A stretch of 64,000 nt of DNA from Mobula hypostoma (taxonomy: Eukaryota). The stretch covers positions 54,996,001 through 55,060,000 of the forward strand of contig NC_086108.1 in NCBI RefSeq assembly GCF_963921235.1, given 5' to 3'. Positions 51,367 through 63,332 of the stretch are shown one piece after another (the first letter of the stretch is position 1; each line of letters starts with the position of its first letter). The position numbers and the translations under genes were made by a program. The notes under the pieces are model-generated. The model was given only the letters and a program-made list of their open reading frames with translations. It did not search any database and had not been told where the DNA came from.

Positions 51367-51784
51367 GTAAAGAAATTTATTTTCAAAATAGTTTTTTAAT
51401 GAGCTAAATACTTGCTGATGGTGCAGTGTGTAGCAGCAGATAGTGCCTTGGTTAGCTAATTCACTGTATCCCATCTCACTAAACTGCTTCTCTCAATCCA
51501 GTTTTTAAGAAGTCCTTTAGTGTGCTTCAGGCAATTTAGATAAAGAAGTGGATAATCTGGCCTAGGTCATGTTATGAGGCATCTGCCACTTCTCAAATTC
51601 TTTTCTTCGTGTGCTCTGGATCTTGTTTAAATATGCACTTTTGGCTTAACAAGATAGAAAAAGAACAGGCAAAAAAGTGGAAACATATGTTGTAAACATG
51701 CATAAAAACCAACACTATGCATACGTTTATCCTGAATTTAATATTAAAATAAGATTTCTGTACCAAGATTTCGATATCGTAGAG

Positions 51785-52365
51785 TAAAAGAAAAGTACAG
51801 CACAGAAGCAGGCCCTTCAGCCCATCTAGTCTATGCAATCCATCTAAACTGCCTACTCCAATCAACCTGCACCAGGACCATAGTCCTCCATATCCTTCCC
51901 ATTGATGTACCTGTCCAAACTTCTCTTAAACATTGAAATTATGCTTGCATGCACCGTTTGTGCTAGCAGCTTATTCCACATTCTCATGACCGTTGGAGTG
52001 AAGAAGTTTCCCCTCAAGTTCCCCTTAAACTTTTCACCTTTCACCCTTAACCCATCCAAATAGTTGTAGTCCCATCCAACCTCAGTGGAAATATCCTGCT
52101 TGCATTTGCCCTATCTATATCCCTCAGAATTTTGTACACCTCTATCAAATCTCCTCTCAGTCTTCTAAGTTCCAGTGAATAAAGTGCTAATCTATTTAAT
52201 CTTTCCTTACAGCTTAGGTCCTCAAGACCCGGCAACATCTTGTAAACTTTCTCTGTTCTCTTTCAACTTTATTTGCATATATCCTGTATGTAGGTGACCA
52301 AAATGGAACACAATACTCCAAATTAGGCCTCATCAATGTCTTAAACAACTTCAACATAACATTCC
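51785..52365 (-). mobile_element. CR1 3' fragment
   Basis: LRGDLIEVYKI, GNFFT and WN.L motifs. Confidence 0.85.
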
Positions 52366-53084
52366 ATGTAATGAATTTTATGATGCTATACTGATGTAAA
52401 ACAACACACTAAGCATTGGAGGAACTCTGAAGGTTTGCGAAGAAAGTGGTTGAGACCCTTCATCTGGATTGTAAGCAAGAGAGGAAAAGTATAAAAAGGT
52501 GGAAGGAAGGGATGGAGCCAGAATTGGCAGGGTATGGGTGCATCCAGGTTCTTTGTGTGCTGCTCCAGATTTCAGCACCTGCAGTCTCCTGTGCTTCCAA
52601 TGTACTGATACGATTTCACAGTGGACTTTCTGTCACCAGCTGGAGGAGGAATTCCCAGGCACATGAGTTTGTATTTTTCTTTGCTTATACACGACAGAAA
52701 ATGGTCAGATGTCTGTATCTTACTTGCTCACACTTGAATAGCTGAGCATTTGGAGTTTCCCAACTGTTGTAATTTTTGAAGACTTTTGGGAAAACTCACT
52801 TTGGGAAATAACTAGTATTTAAAGCCAACTTCTTCCAATAGTTCAGAATTTTCAGGAAGTGCCTGTTGCCTACCTGTGAAATCCAGAAATCTCACTTGTG
52901 ATTAGAATGAGAAAAATAGAAAATGTAAATGTACAATCTTTGCTTAGTTAGAAAGAACTTGGCATTTATTGTGAGAAGTTTTTAAAATGAGTTGCTGATC
53001 AAGTGGTCTTTGGTTGAGAAAGTGGACTCAGTGATCCTGGCAAAAATGGAGCTACGATAGATGACATGGAGTCTTTTAGGACAG

Positions 53085-53390
53085 TGGGGCACTATGCAGC
53101 AGGCACAGTTAGTGGAGCAGCTGCTTCACACACTTGAGACCTGTGTTCAATGCTGTGCTTTGCTGTAATTCTGGATTTCCCACAGGCCTCCAATTTCCTT
53201 GCACGTGACAAAAGATACACAGATAGGGTAATTGGCCCTGGTAATTACCCACAGTGTAGGTGGCAGGAGAATTAGTGGGATGCTGATGGGAGTGTGAGAG
53301 AAAATAAATTATAGGGAATTTCATTGGGAGATGGCACAGATGGGAATGCCCTGAAAGTGGCATAGTTTCGATGGGCTGAATGGTGGAAGG
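53085..53390 (+). mobile_element. Decayed V-SINE
   Basis: tRNA-like head, V-domain remnant, CR1-derived tail gatgggctgaatgg. Confidence 0.55.
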
Positions 53391-53549
53391 CACTAGGGAA
53401 GGGATGCATTATTTTGATCCATTGTTTCTCAGGTTAGTTCATGTTGGCTTTTGGATAGTACTCTGCATGGTTTCAAGGAGTAAAATTCACAGTTCAATCT
53501 GTTCAAATTAACATGACATGAACAGATGCAGATGAGAAGAGGTGGTTTA

Positions 53550-54670
53550 GAGTCAGAATTAGGTTTAATATCACCGGCATATGTCGTGAAATTTGTTAAC
53601 TCAGTGGCAGAAGTACAATGCAGTGCATGATAATATAGAAAAATAAATAATAAATAAACAAATTACATTAAGAATATATATGTATATTGAATAGTTAAAT
53701 TAAAAATAGTGCAAAAACAAAAAAAAGTGAGGTAGTGTTCATGGGTTCAATGTCCATTCAGAAATTGGATGACGGAGGGGAAGAAGCTGTTCCTGAATTG
53801 CTGAGTGTGTGCCTTCATGCTTCTGTACCTCCCTCCTGATGGTATCAATGAGAAGAGGGCATGTCCTGGGTGATGCGGGTCCTTAATACTGTAGTAGATG
53901 TCGACTTTCTGAGGCACGGCTCATTGAAGATATCTTGGAAGCTATGGAGACTAGTACCTCTGATGGAGCTGACTAATTCTGTACTTATGCCCCTGTGCAG
54001 TGCCCCCGCCCCCATTCCAGACGGTGAGATGGTGATGCAGCCTGTCAGAATGCTTTTCACGGTACTTCTGTAGAAGTTTTCGACAGTTGTAGTTGTAGGT
54101 GACAAACCAAATCTGCTCAAACTCCTTATGAATTACAGATGCTGTCTTGTCTTCTTTATAGCTGCATCAATGTGTTGGGGCCAGGTCATATCCTCAGAGA
54201 TCTTGACACCTAGGAACTTGAAATGGCCCACTTTCTTTACTTCCGATCCCTCTATGACAATTGGTTCATATTCCCTCTTACCCTTTCTGAGATCCACCAT
54301 CAGCTCTCTGGTCTTACTGACATTGAGTGCAAGGTTGTTACTACGCCACCACACCTAGCTGGTATATCTCGCTCCTGCACCCCCTCTCATCTCCATCTGA
54401 GGTTCTGCCAACAATGGTTGTATCATCAGCAAATTTATAGATGGCATATGAGCTATGCCTAGCCACACAGTCATGGGAACAGAGATAGTAGAACAATAGA
54501 CTAAGCTGACACCCCTGAGGTGCGTCCGTATTGATCATCAGTGAGGAAGAGATGTTATTACCAATCAAAACACAGATTGTGGTCTTCCAGTTAAGAAGCT
54601 GAGGGTCCTATTGCAGAGGGAGGTACAGAGACCCAGGTTCGGTAGCTTTTTGATCAGGACTGTAGGAATG
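53550..54670 (-). mobile_element. Rex1/Babar-type LINE
   Basis: APQGC.LS, KFADDTTIVG and FKFLGVKISEDMTW motifs. Confidence 0.88.
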
Positions 54671-56059
54671 ATTATTTACCTATCTAACAGGCATTAGGTA
54701 ATTTGTTTTTGCTAGTAATACATCTTTAAATTGATCACACCATTTCAATTTAAATAGCTTCACATAGTTCAAAGTAAGTTTATTATCAAAGTACGCTTAT
54801 GTTACCATGTACAACCATGAGATTCATTTTCTTGCAGGCATTTACAGGAAAAAGAAATACTGTACAGTAGAATTATTTGAAAAACTACATAAATAGTCAA
54901 AGACTGACAAAGAAGACCATTCTGTGCTAATAAAAATAATACTGACCGCGTGAGTTGTTGGAGTTTGACATTTTGAAATGAATTGCTGCAGTTCAAATTG
55001 ATTTTAACTAAAATGAATGAACACACACACACACACACTTTTATGAACTGATGCATGCTTGAGCAATACGAATGTGAATTAAAATTAAGAAATATAGATT
55101 AATGATACAGGAAGAGCTCAAATAGAAAGATAAAAATTACAAGTAAAACCATCTACATATTTCTGTTTATGTAGTGCATTTACCATAGCAAAGAAATTCT
55201 ACGTATTTCACAGGATTATTACCAAATATAATCTGATAGTGAACCATGTAAGGAACATTAGTGCAGTTGATCAAAATGTTGGTCAAAGAAATTAGTCTTG
55301 AGCTGTTTAAAGAAAAAGAGGGCTGGAGAAGTCGGTACCTTGCTTCGTAAACATAAGGCTGCTAATGGTGGAGTGAATATATTCCGGGATGGCCAGGAAT
55401 TGGAGGAATGACAGTTACAAAGTTTAGGGAAAGTGACAACATGATTTTAAAAACAAGGATAAAAATTTTAAAATTAGAGGCTGGTTTAATTAGGTACCAG
55501 TATAAACCAGTGGTATGTGGAAGGAACTTTTCGTAAGGTAGCATGTGAGCAGCTTTTGAATATTCTCAAATTTATGAGGAAATAGAAAAGAGAGGGCCAG
55601 ATAAAAGATGGATTAAATGAGGCAGTGAGTGTTTTGATACCAGGCAGCCCAAGGCAGAAGTGGTTTACAATAAGTTGACAATTGCTTCTATTGATACTTA
55701 CGCAATAATTTAATAAACAATTATTAAACAATCTACAAACCGATGAAAACCAGCCAATGAGCGTGGGCATCCTGATTCTGTACCATTATAACAAGGCAGT
55801 GGAAGACAGCAAATACTAATATTAATTGATGTTCATTAACACCACCCTTTACAACACTGGGAATGTTTGGTTATTACATTGAGAGATTGTGTATTTTTCA
55901 ATTTATATACATTATCGACTTGATGGTGATAAGAATGGAGACTCGTATTTCTGCGCAGGGTCAGATATGATGAAGGCTGTGATCCAGATTCAGACATTTG
56001 GCATGGGGGATAATTTGTTAAGGAAACAAATTTTTGATGGTGACCAAATGACTTCCTTC

Positions 56060-56850
56060 ATTGCAAGAAAGTGCAATTCCTTTGACAGGATTATACTATA
56101 GATCCACTCTCCGCTCCCCAATAGCTGCCAATAGATGGCGGATCAGATATGCAGGCAGATTAGGGAAAAGTACAAAAACAACAGGTTTTTCATATTGGGT
56201 GACTTCAGCTTCCCCAAAACAGGGTTCGATCTCTTTAGTGCGAAAGGGTTAGATGCAGTAGAATTTATTGAGGGTAACCAGGAGAGCTTCCTCAAACAGT
56301 ACAGTATGTGGATTATAGAACTAGAGCAGGAGCTGTACTGGATCTAGTGTTGAGAAATGCGTCTGGCCAGGTGAAATGGCGTACAGAGATGAATCACGGC
56401 AAGTGTGAGATGTTGTACTTTGGCAGATCGACTATATGGGGAAAGATGTGGTTAATGGCAGCAACCTTAATAGCATCAGAGGGTTACAGAGAGATTTTGG
56501 AAGTCTCTACCCATAGCTCCCTGAAAATGGCTGCACAAGTCAATGTTGTGGTAAAGAAAGCACATACCATGTTTGCCTTTTCATTGGCTGAGGCAATGAG
56601 TTCAAGAATCAGGATGTTATGTTGCAGCTTTATAAAATTCTGGTTAGGCTGCACCTGGAATGTTGCATTCACTGTATTACTGCACGGATGTGGAGCCTGA
56701 GGAGAGGATATAGTAGAAGTTTAGCAGAGTTCTGCCCTGGTTAGTGGGCATGCGTTATAAGCAAAGGATGGGCATGCTTGGGATGTTTTCTCTGGAGTGG
56801 TAAAGGCTGAGGGAAGACTGATACCAGTTTATAAAATTGAGAGGCATAGA
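56060..56850 (+). mobile_element. Decayed, internally deleted CR1
   Basis: GDFSFP..LDLVL remnants joined to the RT C-terminus. Confidence 0.7.
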
Positions 56851-57099
56851 ATGGGAATTGCATTTATTACCACTGGATTTATATGTCATAAAACTTGTTG
56901 TACAAAGATATACCAATACTATAGGTTACAAAAATAAATATATAGCACAAAAGGAGGAATATTGAAGTAGTGCTCATAGGTTTCGTGGCCACGTTCAGAA
57001 ATCTGATGGCAGAGGGGGAGAATTTGTTTGTGAGTCAGAGTCTTCAGGCTCCTGTACCTTCTTCCCCTTCCTAGTAATGGGAAGAGAGCAGAGAGATAA

Positions 57100-58025
57100 A
57101 GTAACATAAAATGCTGGAGGAGCTCAGCAGGTCAGGCAGCATCGATGAAGAGGAGTACACAGTTGACATTTCAGGCAAGACTCTTCACTGGGACTGGAAA
57201 GGAAGGGGGAAGAAGCCAATATAAGAAGATGGGAGAGTGGAACGAGTGCAATCTGATAGGTGGTAGGTGGAGCCTGTGAGGGGGAAGGTAGGTGGCTGAG
57301 GCATGAAGTGAGCAGCTGGGAGATGATAGATGGAAAAGACTAAAGGAGAAATCTGATGGGAGAGGACAGTGCCTCATGGGAGAAAGGAAAGGAGGAGGGG
57401 CACCAGAGGCACGTGAAGGGCAGATGAGGAGTAGAGAAAGTGTAAGAGGGGATCCAGAATGGGGAATGGAAAAAGAGAAAAGGGAGGGAAGAAATTATTG
57501 GAAGTTAGAGGAATCAATATTCATGCCATCAGGTTGGAGGCTGCCTGGATGGAATTTGTTCCTCCAACCTAAGCGTGGGCTAATCCTGGCAGTAGTCGAG
57601 GCCATGGACTGACATGTCAGAATGGGAATGAGGAGGGGAATTAAAATGCTTGGCTACTGGGAAATCCAGCCTGTTGCAGATGGAGTGAAGGTGTTGGACA
57701 TAGTGGTTCCCCAATGTACGCCAGGTCTCACCATTGCAGAGAAGGCTACGTTGGAAATACTGGAAACAGTAGATGACCGTCACAGACTCAATTTGCAGTG
57801 TTCCTTCACCTGGAAGGACTGCTTGGACCCCTAAATGGATGTGAGGGAGGATGAGAATGGGCAGATGTGGAACAACTTCTGCTTGCAGGGAGATGAGTGG
57901 AGAGGGATGTATGGACAAGGCAATCACCCTGCAGAAATGCAGAGTGATTTTGGGGTGGGGAAGAGGAAAAGATGTACTTGGTGGTAGAATCCCATTGAAG
58001 ACAGTGGAAGTTGTGGAGAATAATT
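57100..58025 (-). mobile_element. Decayed Penelope-like element
   Basis: GET.RTLG..HL and VAKHFNS..HSHSDMSVHGL motifs; pseudo-LTR at 57105-57200. Confidence 0.8.
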
Positions 58026-58059
58026 CCAGTCCTTTCTAGTTTCAAAATCATTTATCACT

Positions 58060-58680
58060 CAAATTAGCCCACTGATAATGCCACAGCCTCTGCTTTCCAC
58101 TCCAGCCTGTCCCACCTGGAAAACGGTGCCGCATACACCAGAGTGCTGTTTATCGATTTCAGCTCAGTGTTTGATACGATCATTCTTCAGAGGCTGGTGG
58201 ATAAACTGTACCGATCGGGTCTCATTACCTTTCTCTGTAACTGGATCTTGGACTACTTGACAGAAACACCACAGCCAGCCCGCGTTGACAGCAATGTCTG
58301 TGGCTCCATCATGCTGAGCACTGGCACCCCTCGTGGCTGTAGGCTCAGCCTGCTACTGATGCATGGCTGCACTGATGGATCCAGTTCAAACTGAGTAAGC
58401 AGGTTTGCTGAAGGCACAACAATGGTTGGCCTCATTAACAATGACAACAAGACAGTGTACAGGGAGGATGTAGAGTCATTCGAGCACAGTGTGGACAAGA
58501 CTAAAGAGGTGATTGTGGACTTCAGGAAGGTGCAGGCTGACCTGTTCTTACTGCACATAAATGGCTCATCCATGTGGACAGTTAGGAGCACGAAGTTTCT
58601 GGGAGTGTACATGGTGGACGATCTCACCTGGTCTCTCAATGCCATCTCTTTGGTCAAGAGAGCACATCGTTGGCTGAAGT
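58060..58680 (+). mobile_element. Rex1/Babar-type LINE fragment
   Basis: LFIDFSSVFDTI, CNWILDYL and KTKEVIVDFRK. Confidence 0.8.
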
Positions 58681-58912
58681 GCTTGTTCACATGCTGTACC
58701 CTATGTCCTAATTTATCACCGTTGGGTAAATGATGATGCTTTGTAAAATGTAGGTTTGATTAATTTCCATGAATGAACCATCTTGTTAGATTTAAGTGAT
58801 ATTCTGCCCAACTTATTTGGTATTGCAATTGTATTTACAAAGAAAATCAATAGAATATGAACCTGAAGTCATTATAGTAACAAAATGAGATTTTTTTTTC
58901 TCTTCAATACAG

Positions 58913-59129
58913 CCTCTGACGAAAAGTGAAGCCATGTGCACTGTGAAGGATTATACATTGAAATATCAATCAAAAGAAAATATTACATGGTTGAAACGTG
59001 TTGGAGATGTTACAAGTTACAGCTTTCCTCTGACAAATGAAATTAAAAGTGTCTCTGTGATTGCTATCAATTCTATTGGTTCTTCCAGAAGGAATTTTAA
59101 ATTAATCTTGTCAAAGGACAACAGCAAAG
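58913..59129 (+). CDS. LEPR: LEPR exon (exon 15 equivalent), FNIII: PLTKSEAMCTVKDY...VSVIAINSIGSSRRNFKLILSKDNSK
   Basis: atacAG / GTTGGT, 217 nt; matches human PLMKNDSLCSVQRY...VTVLAINSIGAS..NFNL. Confidence 0.95.
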
Positions 59130-59323
59130 GTTGGTTCAATATACTGCAGTTCACTCTGTGCTTCTTGGTTTTGTTTGCCGAACATAACAGGAATTCTGTG
59201 CAAAATTAGATTACAAGGAAGTTATGAATAGATTTGTTAATTGGAATGCTCAAATGGGTTATGAAAGCTTTGTATTCATTGATATTCTCATATTTTATTT
59301 AAAACACTTACTTTGAATCACAG

Positions 59324-59515
59324 CAGAGACTGTTCTTCATTCACTTCATGCCTCCGTAATAAACAACAGTTGTGTAGCTGTTTCTTGGAGAGTGCTTCCT
59401 CTTAATTGCCAGCCAACGTCTTTTGTGATAGAATGGAAAAGCCTGGCAAATAACCGTGTGAAGAACTTAAAGTGGATAAGGGCTTCTGAGAACCTTACAA
59501 GCGTCTACATTCATG
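59324..59515 (+). CDS. LEPR: LEPR exon (exon 16 equivalent), FNIII: (A)ETVLHSLHASVINNSCVAVSWRV...FVIEWKSL...KWIRASENLTSVYIH
   Basis: CAGCAG acceptor / GTAGGT donor; matches human VQSLSAYPLNSSCVIVSW...FIIEWKNL...KWLR...YYIH. Confidence 0.93.
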
Positions 59516-59799
59516 GTAGGTTCAGTTATGTAATTTAAAACAAAACTGGGAATTATTATGTTGCAAGACTTCCAAATATGTGCCTTATCAGAAGGTATGG
59601 AGCCTTTTCCACAGGGTATAAATAACTAAGCCGTTTTCACTGTACACACACTGGTATTTTGATTACAATAAAGGTACAGTATGAATGTCTGGGAATTATG
59701 CTTTTGTACAGTTCTGTCGGGTTAGTGGTAATGGAATGGTCACAAGTTTAGCTTGATATTCTACTTGAAGGACAATTAGGTCTAATATTGAATATAAAT

Positions 59800-60492
59800 T
59801 TAGATTAGATTAGATTATGAGGAACACAGTCCTCCTTTATTGTCATTTAGTAATGCATGCATTAAGAAATGATGCAATTTGTTCCTCCAGAATGATATCA
59901 CAGAAACACAAGACAAACCAAGACTAAAAACACTGACAAAAACCACATAATTATAACATATAGTTACAACAGTGCAAAGCAATATCGTAACTTGATGAAG
60001 AACAGACCATGGGCACGTAAAAAAAAAGTCTAAAGTCTCTTGAAAGTCCCATCATCTCATGCAGACAGTTGAAGAAGCTCCCTTCCATGAGCTTCCAGCG
60101 CCCCAAACTTGCCGATGCAACATCCTGGAAGCATCCCAACCACAGTCCGACTCTGAGTCCATCCGAAAACTTTGAGCCTCCGACCAGCCCTCCGACACCA
60201 AGCACCGAGTACCATCTCTGCCGAGCGCTTTGACCCCAGCCCCAGCAACAGGCAATAGGCAAAAATAGGCAAAGCTGAGGATTTCGGGCCTTCCCCCCCG
60301 CCCCCCGGAGATTCACGATTGCACAGTAGCAGCAGCAGCGAAGCAGGCATTTCAGAAGTTTCTCCAGATGTTCCTCCGTGCTTCTTCACATCTGTCTCCA
60401 TCAAATCAGGATTGTGCATGGCATCCTACTTCACAAATATGATATCATATGGAGCGGCAGCGCGCGGTGCATCGCTTCGCCATCTTCTCCCC
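59800..60492 (-). mobile_element. Non-autonomous LINE-derived retroposon
   Basis: 5' end GGAGAAGATGGCG (YY1-like) and GC-rich; 3' AATAAA plus (ATCTA)n tail; no RT. Confidence 0.55.
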
Positions 60493-61169
60493 TTATAAGG
60501 ATACAGGCTGTCACTCGGTTACAAGTGGGTTCAATTATCACAGATATACATAAGTTGAAAAATACACAAACTCTCTCAATGCAGTAACCATATCTTCACT
60601 GTGTTGCAAAGAGCAGTGTTAATGAGGGTCAATAACATGAGCATAAATTGTCTTGTGCTGCTTAGTTATAATGAATAGTACAGAATCGGGATGTCCCATG
60701 CTCAGTGATTAGTTTTCACGGGCTTCAGCTTGTGTTCTCAAAAGGCAATGGTGTATGATTACCGTGGAGAGGTTCCATATCAACAGCATTTTTTCCCCAA
60801 GACTGGGTCTCAGTTGAATTTAGTAATATCTATGAAAGCTCATTTGTATGTAAATGTGTCCATAAGTCAGTCATTCAAAACTTGTGAAGGGCCTAAAATG
60901 CAAATTTGCTTCATGCTGTTGTGGTCTGGGGATCATCCGTAGTTCATAGAATCATTGAAGTTTATAACACAGAGGCAGGGTAGTTGGACTATGAGTTTCA
61001 AAACAACTGAAAAAGGAACTGTTTGGAGTAAATTCCTTTCTCAGTTCTTGATCTTCAGCCCCACAGAGTTCAGCATTTTGAGTTCACATCCAAATACATT
61101 TTTCATAGAGTATACTGATGGCTTGCAGCCTCTCCCTTTACAGCAGGAACTTCCAGAACTTCATTGTTT

Positions 61170-62363
61170 TCTGGTCTATAAGATATGGGAGCAGAATTAG
61201 GCCAATTAGCCCATCAAGTCTGCTACACCATTTCATCATGGCAGATCCACTTTCCCTCTCAGCCCCAATCTCCTACCTTCTCACTGTAACCCTTCATGAC
61301 CTGACTAATCAAGAATCTATCAACCTGTGCCTCTGGCTTAGCCCCCACACACGTCCATGGCAACGAATTCCACAGATTCACCACTCTCTGGCTAAAGAAA
61401 TTCCTCCCCTCTATTCTGAAGCTGTGTCCTCTGGTCTTGATCTCTCCCACCATCGGAAACATCTTCTCCACATCCACGTTATTGAAGCCATTCAACATTC
61501 AATAGATTTCAATGAGGTCACCCTTCATTCTTCTGAATTCCGGTGAGTAGAGGTCCAGAGCCATCAAACACTCCTTATATGATAAGCCTTTCAATCCTGG
61601 AATCATTTTCGTGAACCTCCTTTGAATCCTCTCCGATGTCATCACGTCCTTTCTTAGATAAAGGGCCCAAAACTCTTCAAAGTACTCCAAGTGAGGCCTC
61701 ACCAGTGCTTTATAAAGCCTCAACATTACGACCTTGCTTTATATTCTAGTCCCCTCAAAATAAACGCTAGCACCAATTTGCCTTCCTCATCACCGACTGA
61801 GCCTGTAAATTAATCTTTAGAGAATCCTGCATGAGGACTCCCAAGTAACGTTGTACCTCAGAGTTTTGAATTTTCTCTCCATGTAGAAAATAGTCTGTGC
61901 TTCTATTTCTTCTAACAAAATGCATGACCATGCACTTCCTGAAACAGTATTCCATCTGCCACTTCTTTGCACATTCTCCTAAACTGTCGAAGTCCTTCTG
62001 AAAAATACTTATTCAGTTCGTCCACCATTTCCTTGTCCCCAATTACTATTTCGCCAGCATCATTGTCCAGCAGTCTGATATCTACTCTCACCTCTCTTTT
62101 ATATTTTACGCATCTGAAAAACTTCTTGTATCCTCTTTAATATTACTGGCTATTTCACCGTATTCCATCATTTCATTCTTTATGATTTATGATTTTTTTC
62201 ATTGCCTTCTGTTGGTTTTTAAAAGTTTCCCAATCCTCTAACTTCCCGCTAATGTTTGCTCTATTATGAGCCCTCTCTTTGGCTCTTATGTTTGCTTTAC
62301 TTCTCATGTCAGCCACGGTTGCATCATCCTGTCTTTAGAATACTCTTTATTCTTTGGGATGTA
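61170..62363 (-). mobile_element. CR1-clade LINE, interrupted at its 5' side by Tc1
   Basis: LYKALVRPHLEY and NFFSQRVVNLWNSLP; similar to 2478-4055. Confidence 0.88.
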
Positions 62364-62511
62364 TACACTGCCTATAAAAAGTGTTCATCCTCCGGTCCCT
62401 GGAAATTTTCATGTTTTATTATTTTACAACATTGAATCACAGTGGATTTAATTTGGCTTTTCTGACACTGGTCAACAGAAAAAGACTTTTGTGTCAGTGA
62501 AAACAGATCTC

Positions 62512-62841
62512 TCTAAATCTCTCTCTCTGCTCTCTCTCTCTTTCTCTCTCTCTCTCTCACTCACTCTCTCTCTCTCTCACTCACTCTCTCACACTCTCTC
62601 TCTCACACTCTCTCACTCTCTCACTCACTCACTCTCTCTCACTCGCTCACTCTCTCTCTCTCACTCTCTCACTCTCTCTCTCACTCACTGACTCTCACTT
62701 TCTCTCACTCTCTCACTTTCTCTCACACTCTCACTGTCTCACTCACTCACTCTCTCTCTCTCACTCTCACTCACTTTCTCTCTCTCACACTCACACTCAC
62801 TCTCTCACTCACTCTCTCTCTCTCACACTCTCACTCTCTCA

Positions 62842-62874
<33 letters not shown>

Positions 62875-62880
62875 CTCCCC
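62512..62880. repeat. Compound (TC)n/(TCAC)n microsatellite
   Basis: Directly visible. Confidence 0.95.
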
Positions 62881-62884
62881 CCCA

Positions 62885-63332
62885 TAGGATGATGATGGTT
62901 TCTTTCAGTCAGTTAGTGGGGTAATTACCCCACTCCTCAGAAAGGAACAGCGTGTGCGAGTGGATTTTAGGTGAGTAGGGGGTTGCACAGGTCCAGACCC
63001 ACCCTCTCGACATCCCCTCCCGGACCCAGCGGCATGGTGGGGTCCAAGACGGCTGGGGGCAGTTCTGTTGCAGTGAAAGGCCAGACCAAGCTTTGCTGCA
63101 AGGGATGCCCTTACTGCGCTTCACAGCACGTGTTTGCTAGATGGCCGTCGACCCTATGAGAGGGTTCATCCACCCTTTGACAGGTCTTGTTTCTCGTCCT
63201 GCAGGGTGTCTAGCCACCCTCCTCACCAGGCAAGCCTGGTGGGGGAGCCGGTTTAGTCACCGACACCTGACCACGTGACAGGTAGTACTGGGTTACATGG
63301 TACCAGTAGCACTCCGACCAGTGACCTGACCC
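62885..63332 (-). mobile_element. GC-rich non-coding retroposon (probably RTE-derived) inserted in the Tc1 left end; the microsatellite is its likely tail
   Basis: Interrupts the Tc1 subterminal sequence, which resumes at about 63333; contains several hairpins. Confidence 0.45.

Noticed and set aside
62512..62880. CRISPR-like array or coding repeat (ORF 62491-62691)
   Set aside because: Plain TC/TCAC microsatellite in eukaryotic DNA; no spacers.
62885..63332. Possible HDV-like ribozyme at the 5' end of the RTE-like insert (ACC-TGTCACGT-GGT resembles P3/L3)
   Set aside because: I could not find matching P1 and P2 pairings; simple hairpins explain the sequence.
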